Below, in pieces: positions 12,465-25,245 of a stretch of DNA of 64,000 bases. The notes beneath the pieces were generated by a model. The model worked only from the letters and a program-made list of their open reading frames with translations. It had not been told where the DNA came from and did not search any database. The DNA comes from Takakia lepidozioides (Eukaryota; Plantae; Bryophyta). The stretch spans positions 56,358,001-56,422,000 of the forward strand of contig CM060734.1 in assembly GCA_030704615.1 (NCBI GenBank). The letters run 5' to 3'. Both the position numbers and the translations under genes were made by a program. The first letter of the stretch is position 1. Each line of letters starts with the position of its first letter.

Positions 12465-14844
12465 ATATATTGGGGCATATATCATGTTACTAATGGTTGT
12501 GGATTCAAAACAACATATGTGTGTAGGACATCATAAAGATGTCCACCTTCCCATTCATAAAAGTGTCCACTTTCCACCATAAGGCAGCTGTCTTTGGGGT
12601 CAGTGCACACCATCATTCTCACCCTTGCTTCTTCGCAATGCATCCATGATCCATGTATCCACGTTTTATTTTATTTTATTTTATTTACCATTCCATCTCT
12701 AGGAAATAGCCCTTCCACATATGTATGTGATTAGATGTCATAAAGATGTTCACCTTCCCACCAGCAATAACATTTGGATTTACTCACACCATAAGTTAGG
12801 CTTGCTTAGTTAAAGGTCTACATTTATGATATAAAATGCATATTATTACTAGTTTTAATTTTTTCTTTGGAAGGAAACATCTAGTACTAAACGACCAACT
12901 TCCATGTGGTGGTCCTTGTCAAACTAGCAATTATCTCTTCTTTGATTTACTGCTGTGTAAATGTGAAGCTCCAAATAGATTGAGAAGAGCTTTAACCCTA
13001 AACAATATGTCTCTATTGGCAGGCATGTTGCCACAAATGTAAATGCTCCAGCAACACAACCTATGGTAGGTTGCCCTCCCTGCATAATCCTGTCATGTGT
13101 GCCGAGGTATCTTGTGACTGGTGGGTCATTTTATGGTTACACGTGCTAGAACTCTGAGTCCATTGCTTCTAATCTATTACCAGATAAAACGGCATGTATC
13201 AAGGTCCTCAATGATTAGAATGAATAAATACAGGGGATAAGTTCTGTGCGCTGTTCTGTGAGCTGAGACTAGTATCCACCCATTGCTCGAATCCCATCCA
13301 AATGTGTACATGCAGTTTGGAAGACAACAAGAGATGTAGTTGTGACACCCAGGTGAAGCAGATGAGAGATTTTGATGAAATTCCTATGTGAAATGTGGGA
13401 CAGCCACACTTATGGGTGTGGAGGATTGGCGGGACATATGGAGGGGGCTGCTTTTGCTTGTTTTCATGACGTACCTCTCCTCTCTGCTGTCAACGAGTCA
13501 ACCGTCAGATATGGTGCAATGCCAATTGGTTTTTTTTTAACAAGCTTTCATGTGCAGATCATTGGCCTTGTGGTCACGGATTAGTAATTGTGCATCTCCA
13601 TTTCCCTTGGAGCTTCTGCTCTATCTGTTAATATTATCATGGGTACTCCCTTCCTGGTCCCTGATATTACTCTAGCTGGTCCCAAACACTAATGAGAGAT
13701 AGCAAGAGATAGTCTATTTTGCACTTACATTTGTGGTGGGTGCTTCTGTGAGTTCATTCTGATGTCTATGGTGACTAGGTCTGAAGCCTGATTCCATCTA
13801 CCTTGATTGATGACTTGAACACCAAACATTTGTTTTTACTGCAGAGGGTTATCGTGGGTTTTGTGCTTTATAGGTTGACTCTAGATGATAGGTCTTCTTG
13901 TACCAAATAGAGCTAATGACCTTGCACAGGTTACAGAATTGAAGGGACTCTTTTTCAGCTGTCAGTGGGTTGATAAGTGGTGTAGGTGCAATTAGTGGCT
14001 TGTAGTGGTGAACGTAACTTTTCTTGGTTCCCTTGACGGATAATGAAAGTTTGTGGATCATCATGTTGCATGCAAGATCTTCAATGTTTGACAGCATTGT
14101 AGATATCCCATCTCAGTCAAGGTGCAATGGGGAACTTTGGAAAAGTTATATCAAGATACCGTCGTTAGCTAGTATATAAGAATTGTGTAGCCCAACCTTG
14201 AAGCCTTGTGTTGCAGGTGTTTTAGTGGGTATTGGGGTTGGGTATTGCTGCACATCTCATCTTGGAATGTTGGCATGAAAGAATTGTCCAACGGAATATC
14301 GAGAGAATGGAAATGGAGCCTTTCAGCAACCTCCATGGAAGCTTTAACCTTGCTCACCACCCTAGACTGATATAATGTCTAACTTAGCTGATTGTCCTTT
14401 TAGATGCTTTTAGGAGCTCTATATTTGTTTACATGGGCAACAATGTTGGTGGCCCAATGTTTGGGAGGGCAGTGGGCACCTTGCAATCATGGGGTGAAGG
14501 CAACCTAGGGTGGCTCAATGATGGAGATCATGAGTCCTTAATATGTACACAACATTTTAAAAAAAGTTTAAAAACTGAAAATGCAATCCATTGACTAAGA
14601 AAGTAGATGAATATATAAGGCAAATTTATTTCAATAAAATAATTGTGATTAGATTAAGTTGTCGAAATTATAAAGTCAACCTTAAATCATAAACCCTAAA
14701 CCTCTAAGAAAAACTATGACTAATAAGCCCCCCAAGTTTGCATGGGCCTGTCCATTAGAAGGTGATCCACGAATTAAAAAGGGGGGTTATAGTAACCTAC
14801 ACCAAGAGTTGTATTAATAACCACTAGGGTAGTTTCTGCCGTTG

Positions 14845-15290
14845 GCCCAAGCGTCCAGTGTCATCTAAGCCCAAGTGCAATCTCCTATGTATCCAAGTGC
14901 GTCTCCTATGTCGAGGTCCAAGTGCGACCTCTAGGGTAGCATGTGCCATTGGCCCAAGTGTCCAATGTCATCTAAGTCCAAGTGCATCAATATATGAAAG
15001 CCAGCCATATATAATCTTTTATTTTCCACAGAGCCTACGACCAAATTTGAACCGTTGACCTTTCCCTTGATATCTCTCTTCTTGAGGCTCCGAATCATTG
15101 TCCAACGACCAAAAGTACTTGAAATTTGTTTTAGCCATATCTCATCATTTTTTTTTCCCACATAGGCTATGACCAGATTTGAATCGGAGACCTTTCCCTT
15201 GATATCTCTCCCCTCGAGTGTCACCGGAAAGCCCACTTTGTTATTTTTCGTGAATTTCCAGCAACCAAAAGTACTTGAAATTCCACATCT
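14845..15290. repeat. Short tandem/direct repeats, probably the subterminal region of a non-autonomous element
   Basis: About six CCAAGTG-based units at 14845-14990. GACCTTTCCCTTGATATCTCTC (15057, 15189) and ACCAAAAGTACTTGAAATT (15108, 15265) are each duplicated. Confidence 0.55.
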
Positions 15291-18212
15291 CCCACACCGC
15301 AGGTCCAAAAAATTATGAGACCAAGCCCGTGCACCCCTCCTTGTCGAGGGCTTTCCAACGGTACCAAGCACCGGGGGTGGGGCCTCGCGATTTGGGACAT
15401 CTCAACTCTACAAAACGAAACAAAACAAACAAAACAAAACAAACGTCTCACTTCATGTATTGATCATGTAAGGGGGTGTCCAAAATCATGGTACCCAACA
15501 AACTTGCCCAAAGTTTTTGGGAAGGTAGGTTCTTTACGAAATTTAGGAAAATTGATAGGGGTTATGACGTTTATAGATCTGAAAAACCAGTGTTGGGTGG
15601 GTTTTTAGTTTTTTTCATAACTCGTCCCAAAATATAATTTGAAAATATGGTCATAACTGGCAGTTTTGGGTATTTCAAAGTTTACAATTATTAATATCCT
15701 TCCGGTTATCAAAAAAAAAAAAAAAAAAAAAAACACGCCTCCCCAAGGCAGCGTAAATGGTGCCTCTTCACCACAAGGGCTACTTCTTCCTGTTGAAAGG
15801 TGGACACCTTCATGATACACCATAGCGTAGTTTGAGCCCACAACCACATCCAACATGGTATGTGCCCATTACCACTCGGCTAAATGTTGGTTATCTCCGG
15901 TTATCAATATTGGATCCCCTGTGCCGGTTAACAAAAAGTCCAATTATTCTTTGTGATAACTCATGGTTATGCACAATGGCTATCAATACTACATTTTTTT
16001 GTTACATATGTGACGGTAATTATCTTTTGTATATGATATTTTTCACAAATAGAACTTAAATATATATTCTACGTTATTAGTGTCATCATTGTCGGGTTGA
16101 GAATCGGAAATGTCCCTCATTCCAGTTATCAATAATACTTCAAAACTTATTTTTTTCGTTGGATATCAAAGAGTGGTAGGGGGGGTCGGTATCATGTGAG
16201 CACAACCCACTAACCTCGGTCATATGAGTTACGTGTTTTCTCAAAACGGAATAAAGCCATAAGCGGGTATAGACGACTAGTGCATTTGTACGGTACATCT
16301 GTGTCAATTCAATGAGGTGAAACCTTTAGTAGTGTAGCCAGATGTGAATTTCGCATTGAGAAATGATATGTGATATGGGCACAAACCTAAGCAGCGGTGG
16401 GTTTTGCATTGAGAAACCCTTAGTGATATAGCTTGAGTCGAAACTTTCTTTACAAAATCCCATCATCCAACAATCCCATATCCAAAAGGAATGGGTGGGG
16501 ACTTTAAAAACCTATTCATCCTTTTAGCTACATTGTGATTTCATCTCAGGTTGGTTTCGCTAGGCGAAATTATCCATGGGCGAGGACCTTAAATTTGAGG
16601 TGAAGCCTCACCGCCCACTCTCGTGCCTGTTATGGAGAAAAAACCATTAGAATAATATGTTCATAAGCTACTTGTTCTTTATGTGTTAGTTTTGCATCAT
16701 GGTTAGTTTTGCCAATTTCGTTTCGTTGTGGAAATTTCACGGAAATTCCACGCTACCCAACCTCCTCTGGTTGTTCTCTACTTTCCTATTTAGCGGAGAT
16801 TATCAATAAAACAGGTTACCTGATTCTCTCATAACCGCCGGTTCGGGAGGCATATATCTGTTTTAATTCAGTGGTTCATTTCTGTAGATTGAAGAATTTT
16901 GCAAAAATATGGTCTATTTGGCCATTGATCTGCTGTTTGACGAAATTGTAGGGATTAATGGTTGAAGTTTAGCAGATTTATGGAGTCGTAAAATATGTAT
17001 TTTGGTACCTTAGGCTAGAACAGTTTGATTTCTTTCTTTCTGTCAATATATTTAGCTCAACGAGCTTTTATTTTTTCCTCGCGGGGACAGTTTACCCATT
17101 TGTACAGTCATCCCACTTGGGTCTTTTTATAAAGCCTTGCAGTCTTGCTTACTCTTGCTCCAGTTCTAATTTGCACCCTGTTCCTGCCTCCCTATCACCG
17201 TCTTGATTTCCTTGACTTTCAGTTTTTTCCCCAAACAATCTTACGCGTGGGCAAATTGCTAAGCTTACCTTTACCGTCCACTCTTTGTTTTTTTCTTTTT
17301 TTTTCCTCTTTGAAAAAACATTTAGAGGCCTTGGTAGAAATTTTATTGGAATTATTTCTAGTGTATACTCCAAATTATCTGGGGAAAAAATAAACCCTTG
17401 ATGAGGCTTGAGTACAACCCCTCTTAACTGAATTGGTTTTTCTGCTGGGTTTTAATAAGGTTAATGAGGTCCTCCATGCCCTTTTCCAATTTAAAAAAAG
17501 AACAAAATCCATATAATATAATATAATATCCCTCCCAATGTCCCCTCGACACCAACCGCCGTGCACCCCGGAGATCCGTATTCCACGTTCGGTAGGCCAC
17601 GTGGAAACCTGCCACATGTCTGTCAGGTGGCCGGACTGTGGTGGGGACACGCGACAGTCTGCGGCGCGCTCTGCGTGTTCAAACTCAACGCGGTGGTAGG
17701 TATCGCCAAACCCTCTATGATTGGCTGCACTTGTACGCCACCCACTCTTCATGTGTTTCGCCAGTCTGGCTATACCCGTGTCCTTGACAAAACCGATGAT
17801 ATATTCGAAGCGACGGAATTGATTTTATGTTTTATAAAAAGGCTGAGGCCGTCTTAAATTTACATATCATGCTCTCTTATTTAATATAAAATTTAACATA
17901 TTATGAATAAAAGCACGATATTTCACATTTCATCCGTCCGCGTTGCCTGCACTGCTGGATGATCAGCACATTCATTCACTGATCTGTCCCAATGATGGAT
18001 GCTTCATTAATGACAATCATCCGCAGGCTCTCTAAGATGATTTGCTGCCCCCATTTACTGCCAGTAGCTTCGAGGCCCTTGTACCTCCATCACTGCTATT
18101 TATTCGCCATACCAGAGGCAGACGAGACGTACACAGGGGATTGAACCCCCGACGCACTGACGGGCCGGGCCAGCCCTCGCTGCCTTTTTAAACTTACAAA
18201 AATGACACCACC

Positions 18213-18280
18213 AGTCCGTAGCTCAGCTGGATAGTGCACTGTGTGCTACCCAGGCGATTGAGGGCTCAAATCCTGCTTAC
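18213..18280 (+). repeat. Degenerate tRNA-derived (SINE-like) sequence
   Basis: A-box-like TAGCTCAGCTGGATAG and B-box-like GGCTCAAATCC at tRNA spacing; no intact cloverleaf. Confidence 0.5.
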
Positions 18281-20889
18281 CTTGTTAGGTGTGGTTGTAT
18301 GCTTCATGGCTCATAATTGTGAAATGTCGCTCTCTGGTTTCCATTTAAAAAACGTAAAAAATAAAAAATAAAATAAAATTCGTACTGTCTCTTAAAGATT
18401 AAAAACAAAACAGACGTGAGGACATGGCCTCATTGCAGCTTTCAAAAAACAGACAAACTTTCATGTTGATGTAGTGTATGATGTAGACTAAATGAATGAA
18501 TGCTGACAGAGCTGAGAATGTCAAATTCCTCCCACCGTACCAACTACCAACCTTCTCTTTCAAAGAAAAGGAAAATGAAACCTGTGATCAGAGGCGGGAA
18601 GGAAGAAAGAGACACAACAGTGGTCTGGAAAGTTATTTTTTCTCACTGTAAGGGAGCAGTCCTTCAAAGAGAAAAAATCCTGGGACACTGAACAGAAGCA
18701 TAGAAGTGTTGGTATTGGAAAGCTAAGGTCACAGGAGGACTCCTCTTGGACATAACTTTTGCAGACGGACTGCAACTTCCTTGGATTCCCGGCTACTGGG
18801 ACACAAGTACACTGTCCCTGGCCAGGACTAGGTCAGCAGAAAGTTTACAAACAGGGAGAAAAATTCACACATGGGTTTTGCTGGGTTTTCCTCCAGTGTT
18901 GGTAAGTTATGGCATACAGGGTTTCAAGTTCCTTGGGTATCAAGTATAAACCCATTGTATGAACCTTTTTTTAATTTTTAATTTTTAGAGAGTATGAACA
19001 TTAGTATGAAAAAACCGAACTTACCGACTGGTATGAAGAGTTCCAATACCTAGATTTACTAGGCTTACACTTAGACCACCCGGCCGGTATTTGAAAAATG
19101 TAAGACCAGAACAACACTTTTTCCTGTACAACAGTTTGTGGGTGCAGCTACTGGAAGCTTGGGAGCAAAGGATGTTTGGAATGGGACCCATGGGGGCCAA
19201 AGGAGTAAAGTGGAGAGAGAGAGAGAGAGAAAAAGAATTATGCAACATGGGGCCCATGAGAATTCTGAAGAGAAGTGCAGGAAATGATGCTTGTTGTTGT
19301 GGAGATGTGGAGATGTTGTTGCATAATGAGGCTGTAAAGTGATGGGTAGGTGCCCACCATTTTGGGCTTTTGGGTAGCCTGGCTCCCAATGACAACCCCC
19401 ATAAGCTGGTGGGATTCTTCCACCGGCCATGGGCAATTGGTTGGGGGCATTCATGGGCTTCTGCCATTGTTCCAAGTTGTTGAAAGATCCACTCACAACT
19501 GTCGGTGTTTGCTTGCTGTCTCATACAACCCACCTCCAACAGTGTAAGTTATCATTCTCACGACTTATCAAAGTCCATGACCACATTGGATATTTTGGGG
19601 CGGATTGTACTTGCAGGCTTGAATTTGTGGGTTGATTTCATTCAATGATGTGGCCCCAAAGAGCACAATTATTGAATCCTTGGATTGGGAGCCTGACCAA
19701 TGAATGGGTTCTCTGTTTTTCTGCTGACTAGGCTTATAAAATAAGATGATGTGTCTCTCCCTGGATATACCATCCCAAATTTGGAGGAAAATAAAGGACA
19801 AAGTAGATCTAGCTTGCAAAACAGTACAAGACTCTTCTCCCAAACACAGATCTCCATTCAGTTATTCCTTCATTGTGGTACCAAATTTAGTAGTCCATGA
19901 GCTATTAGTTAGAAAACACATAAATTTAGTTCACTGCTGCCACTATTGGAGAATTTTTTCTTGGGTAATGTGGCTTGTTTTTCTTAAACTGTATATTTTT
20001 ATGTCTTAGGGTTATTATTATTACTAGGGTTTCCAAACCCCAATTAGATTTACTTCAAAGTCGGATGAGATAAATAATCTTTTGGGTAATAGGTAATGTG
20101 CCCAACAGTTCCATCAACCAGAACCAGGCCTAAATTATTCAGTGGTGGGTTCACACTCAAATGCTCTCACAGCCTGCATACACTGACTTCTTCGCTAGAT
20201 ACACGCAAAAAGAGATACAGGCCTTGATCTCCCCCCTTGGAAATAAAGCAAGCAAGGGAGAGAAGAGACAGATTTGGGGTTACCTAAGTTTGTTCTAGGA
20301 AAAGCTGATTGGAATATAAGTAGTAAGTGGATGCAAATAGGTGTAGATATGTTGGGCAGTTTATGGTAAGTATAGTGGTGGGCAAAGTAAAGTAAGAGCC
20401 TCGAGTGCTGCGTCCAGCTTTTGGTCTCTGACAGCATGACGTCGGAGAGCAATCATGTAGGTCCAGCTGCTCTGGGGTGCTCTGGATCACTCACATGCCA
20501 GAGAAGTATCATGCCTGCAGTTTCAACCATGTCAGCAGATGTGCAAGTTGTCTCTGAAGAGAGTTTGGTGCATGGGTGGACAATCAGGCTAGAGATTCGG
20601 ATGCTCTAGACTCACCACACTGGGCTAAGGGGGAAGTGTTGATCCAAGAGGAGGATCGAATTACCCAGTACTTAAGAGAGAGATTGTCTGGGAGAAAGAG
20701 AAGTTTTCATCTCGGATCAGTCAGAAATCTATCGGAGGTCGTGCCTATGTATAGACAAATTCGCAGGTGAGGACATTCTTCCAGGAAGTCCGCCCAGGTC
20801 GAGCTGCAGGTGAAGAGGGCAGCTTGCTGGTAGTCATCTCTGATGCGGTCTTTGAGAATTTGAGGTGTACAGATTGCTGGGGGAGAACC

Positions 20890-22418
20890 ATGAAAAAGAG
20901 CGATGCAGATAAGGGTCATGCGCACTCAAGTGGGGACGGATGCCTCCCAGGGGTCTCAAAGTTCCTTGGTGGGCTCAAAGGAAGACATGGCCAGAAGCTG
21001 CAATACAAGACCGTGTATGTTGTGTGTTTTGGTGCTCTTATCTGCACATTGGTCCTGTGGGGTGCTGTTAGGCAGGCCGGTCTGAGTACTCAATCTTCCG
21101 CTCCCCAAGAACCCGTGAAGCAACTGACGCCCGAGGAGGTAAAGAGACAGCTGAGGACGATAGACAAACAGTTGCAACAAGTTCTGAATGTCAGCAAGCA
21201 ATTCACAAAGTTTGGGCCCAGAATTCATGACTGGGACAAGCAGCGCGAGCTTGCAAAACAGAAGTATGCAAATGCGACAGGTAGTAATAATAAAAAGCCC
21301 CGCATTATGCTCATCACGAGTTCCCACCCACAAGCGTGTGATAACAAACAAGGCGACCAGATGCTTCTGAAGGCAATAAAAAATAAAATGGACTACTGCC
21401 GCCTCCACGGCATTGAGATCTACTACAACATGGACAAAATAGACGATGAGATGGACATATGGTGGGTGAAAGTGTTTCTTACTCATATGCTGATGCTTGA
21501 GCACCCGGAGGTAGACTGGTTCTGGTGGATGGACAGTGATGCGATCTTTACAAACATGAACTTTCAGCTGCCCCTCGACAAGTACAAGGGGTACAACCTG
21601 GTGGCCCATGGCTGGGACGACGCGATCTATGATAAAAGGAGCTGGTTAGGCCTCAATGCAGGCGTCTTCATTCTTCGGAACTGCCAGTGGTCAATGGATT
21701 TGCTACACTCCTGGGCGCCTATGAGCCCCAAGGGTGCTATCAGAGATACAATAGGCCCACTGCTCTCATCCGCCCTCCCTGACAGACCACAAGGAGAGGC
21801 CGACGACCAGTCTGCACTGGTATACCTCATGGTCACAGACAGGTAAGATCATGCTGCTTTGTGGGCAAAGTGAAGCTGCTGTGAGCTGTAGTATTGACTA
21901 GAAAAGGCCAGCCCAGAAATTTGCAAGCGTGATCAATTTGGGAAACCGAAAAGACGGAGTGCCAAGTCACTCTTGACAAAGCGGCAGCTCTCGATTTCAA
22001 GGTTTCAATGGATCGATGTATTGACATATAAGGTTTGTGGTGCAGGAAAAAGTGGGGTTCCAAGGTGTTCTTGGAGAACTCCTACTACTTCCAAGGTTAC
22101 TGGCGGATTCTGACAGAGAATTATGAGGATATGATGGCAAAATATGAGCCAGATGCGGGCGAACATCAATATCCTTTTGTGACCCATTTCTGTGGTTGCG
22201 AGTTCTGCTGTGGCGCACCCAATCGCGAATACACGAGGGACCAGTGTATCAAGCAAATGGAACGGGCTTGCAACTTTGCAGACAATCAAATCATTGAACG
22301 ATATGGCTTCCAACACCGCTCGCTTGAGACTATCGCGGTTGAGCCCATCAGACCTACACCTGCTGTAAGTCCAGATCGAGCTCTTCCAGACACACTTGTG
22401 CCTCTATCTCACATTTAA
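20890..22418 (+). CDS. GT34 (GMA12/MNN10) glycosyltransferase, xyloglucan xylosyltransferase / galactomannan galactosyltransferase-like; exons 20890-21842 and 22046-22418 (441 aa)
   Basis: Type II TM anchor. Motifs GPRIHDWD, NKMDYCRLHG, WFWWMDSDA, GLNAGVFILRNCQWS, EADDQSAL, PFVTHFCGC, MERACNFADNQ. GT-AG intron 21843-22045 joins in frame (R-KKW). Confidence 0.93.
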
Positions 22419-25049
22419 GCCATTAGCTGGTGGGCACAACAGTGACACAAGAATGCTTGGTTTGGAAAGTAGAATAATCTGAAAGAGTATCATGCTGAAG
22501 CTACTTAATCACTGAAGCTAACGTTGCCCACAGAATGTAATCCATCAGCAGCTGGCCTAGTGGGTGCTGGAACTTTCCCTTGAAATTCTTAGGTCAGAGT
22601 CTACAGCGAAATCTTCACTGACGCTCAAAGTCATTCATGTTAATCCTGGTTATGCGTATGGTAGCCAAATCTAAGGGCTCAGGGGAGAGTTTGCTTCATC
22701 GGTCAAAGTATTCAAAAGAAGCAGCTCAACCATTCATTTAGAGGGTAAAGAAGGCAGTAATCCTGCAGGAATTCTCGTATTTTCCATCTTCACTTTGGCC
22801 TTCTCTTCCCTTGTTCTCTGCGAGGGGCATCTATGACCTTAAGTGCATAGCATCCTGTAAATAACTCGGTTTTGGAGGTGAATGAGTCACCAATGTTTGC
22901 TGCTCATGACCTGTTTCCTAACAATGTTGTGGAATTTGTTGCAGTGAGTGCCACCCACTTACAATTAAGGAGCCTTGTCCCAGTTCCTCATGCGAAAATG
23001 TCGGTCATCTGTTCCGATCCTGGTCATACATTTGTGTCAGCTCAGCGGCTACCCTTGTATATGAAGCCCTGTAATCTCAGTAAACTTTCAGCTCCTTGCA
23101 ACCATTAGATGTTGCATGATGACACTGGTGAGTTTCTCTTGTCATTCTTTCTACAAGTAAGCCCCGTCTTGCAATTGCAAACATTCTCTACTTCTGAGTG
23201 TGACGGGTAGAGGGGAAGGAGGAAGGCGGATTTTGATAGGGAACAGAAATAGGAGAGAACACATACCAACCAAGGTTCAGAAAGGAATAAGAGGGGGCGG
23301 TGGTACGCATGTCAATTACAATAATTTACTTTAGATGATGAAGCTGTAACATGTTGAGGGGGGCAGCAAGGCTACCGGCTCCTTTGCTGCACAGCAATGA
23401 CTGTACTATTGGCAGTCTCTTGTACCTTAGGAAGTGCTTGCATCAGGGCCACACCAGCTCAATCCTACCATATCAATGGGTCTGTTTGAAGACGTATTTG
23501 GGCAGGGTTTTTGTTGGCTAGTTCCAGCCTTATAGAGGGGTAGGCTGTGAAAGAGATTTGCGTTGAAGGCACTGTTCATACAAGAACTGTTCTATGGAGG
23601 CTTGTTCCACCAATTCTAATCAGTGAAGAAAGCATGCGTCACTGGTTATTAGGGTCTTCAAAAGCTGTTTGGTGAGTGCTTGTAGCAAAGTTCTATGGGT
23701 TCTTAGAGCTTGCAATGGATATCCAGGGCACCCATCTCTCTCACCCTTGTCTGGACTTAGGGCAAACTAGTGCTGGTACCTGCCTGCCTTCAAAGAATTG
23801 CAGGGAGGTTTCTGCAAAAGTAGTGAATTGACTCTCTCGAGAGAGTCTTGTGGTGCATACTGCTGCTCGTGATGGTTTCCTGTCCTCCATTCAGTACGCT
23901 GTGGAGTATGCAACGAAAAAGTTTCCACTATTGAACACATCATTTAATCAACTCATGAGTGTTCAACCAGAGGGGGCTTGCAATAGAATAATCAGCACCA
24001 TAAGGGAACATATCATAGCACACTGTGACATGTTAATAACTCAATGGCTACCATAGGATACGCGCTGTACAGAATTTGCAGATGAATGGACTACTGTCAG
24101 AATGGTTACCAGTAGGTAGAAGTGGCGGTTTTTTCTGCTTGATGCTGCTCGAAGTTCTGTGACAACTTCTGTAGGTGTTTTTGTGTTGTTGGACAGCCAA
24201 TAGCATTCTATTGCAATTTGTGTACACAGTGTCCATGAAACAACACCAACTTTCTTGAAAATCCTTACTGCGAAAAGGTTTTCAGATTGTTCCTTTCATG
24301 ATGAGAGTGCTTCATCTCCGAATCCATCCACAACTGTGAAAATTGTGTGGCTTTGCTAGTGATCCCTGTGTGTTTAGTGGGTTCACATTATTCCACAACC
24401 TCTCCACAACACACAAGAAGAGGAAAGCTGGATCACCGCTTCAAGAGGATTGTGAACGTGTACTAAGGCTGAGGTGACAGCATCATATATATATCAGAAC
24501 GTACACTGAGCAGGCGTTCAGGTTTTGGGGGGAATTTAGTAGATTGCAGTGTTCCTCAAAGCTCCCCAAAAATTCCGCCCAAAAATGAGTCAGACTGCAG
24601 GGGGTACTGGATTGACAGATACCTGACTTTAAGCTTTGGGTAGGATCCGATACATGCACAGAAACATAGGATCTTCCTGGAGGTGTTTTCCCAATTCGAC
24701 AGCACAGAGGAAGAAGTTATAAGCCTGGCAGGACAGCCCGCACAATGGTCTCTCGGGACTCGGGACATCAGACTGGGGGACGTACTGCATCGTGGGACAC
24801 CTGACTTAAAAATCCGAGTACGGTAGATGTATATAAACGTAGAGATTCAACGTGGGGGAGAAGCCCCAATGACAGACATTCAGCCTCTTCCGCTAGTTCG
24901 GTCCCTGAACAGCCCAGTCTTGCATTGAAGTAGTGAATGCTCTTTGGTTAGGTGTCTGAAGCTTGCATGCATGCCAGAAAGCATGGCATTGAGCAGACTT
25001 CTCAGGATCTCATCAATGTTTAAAGATTCTCTCCATATCCATGTGGCAT

Positions 25050-25245
25050 GGTTGCCTGAGCACAAATGGCTTTCGTACCTAAGAACTCCACTGATCCACG
25101 AGGGTAATACACCAATGCATTGTTGAAAACCAGTAATAGGTCGCGGAAAAAATCCCTGCTGCCTGAGGAGGCACCCCTCCACAAGCCGCATACGTACAAT
25201 TGTCAATGTCTCCGAAGAATAAGCAGATTATATCTAGAGCCCTGC
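25050..25245 (-). pseudogene. Decayed bromodomain fragment (plant SANT-bromodomain protein-like)
   Basis: Minus strand reads QGSRYNLLILRRH*...SGSRDFFRDLLLVFNNALVYYPRGSVEF, typical of bromodomain helices B/C. Surrounding sequence contains stops. Confidence 0.65.

Noticed and set aside
15280-16281. Helitron 3' end (CTAG|T at 16277-16281)
   Set aside because: No convincing subterminal hairpin and no matching 5' end located.
18213-18285. Functional tRNA gene
   Set aside because: Acceptor and anticodon stems do not pair and the T-loop is mutated.
20767-20889. Upstream GTG start for the GT34 gene (likewise 347 for the first gene)
   Set aside because: Bacterial-style start from the ORF caller; the first ATG (20890; 491) fits a eukaryotic gene.
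20956-21609. 217-aa antisense ORF over GT34 (similarly 53518-54120, 57192-58224, 48283-48894)
   Set aside because: Shadow frames of real coding sequence; no independent motifs.
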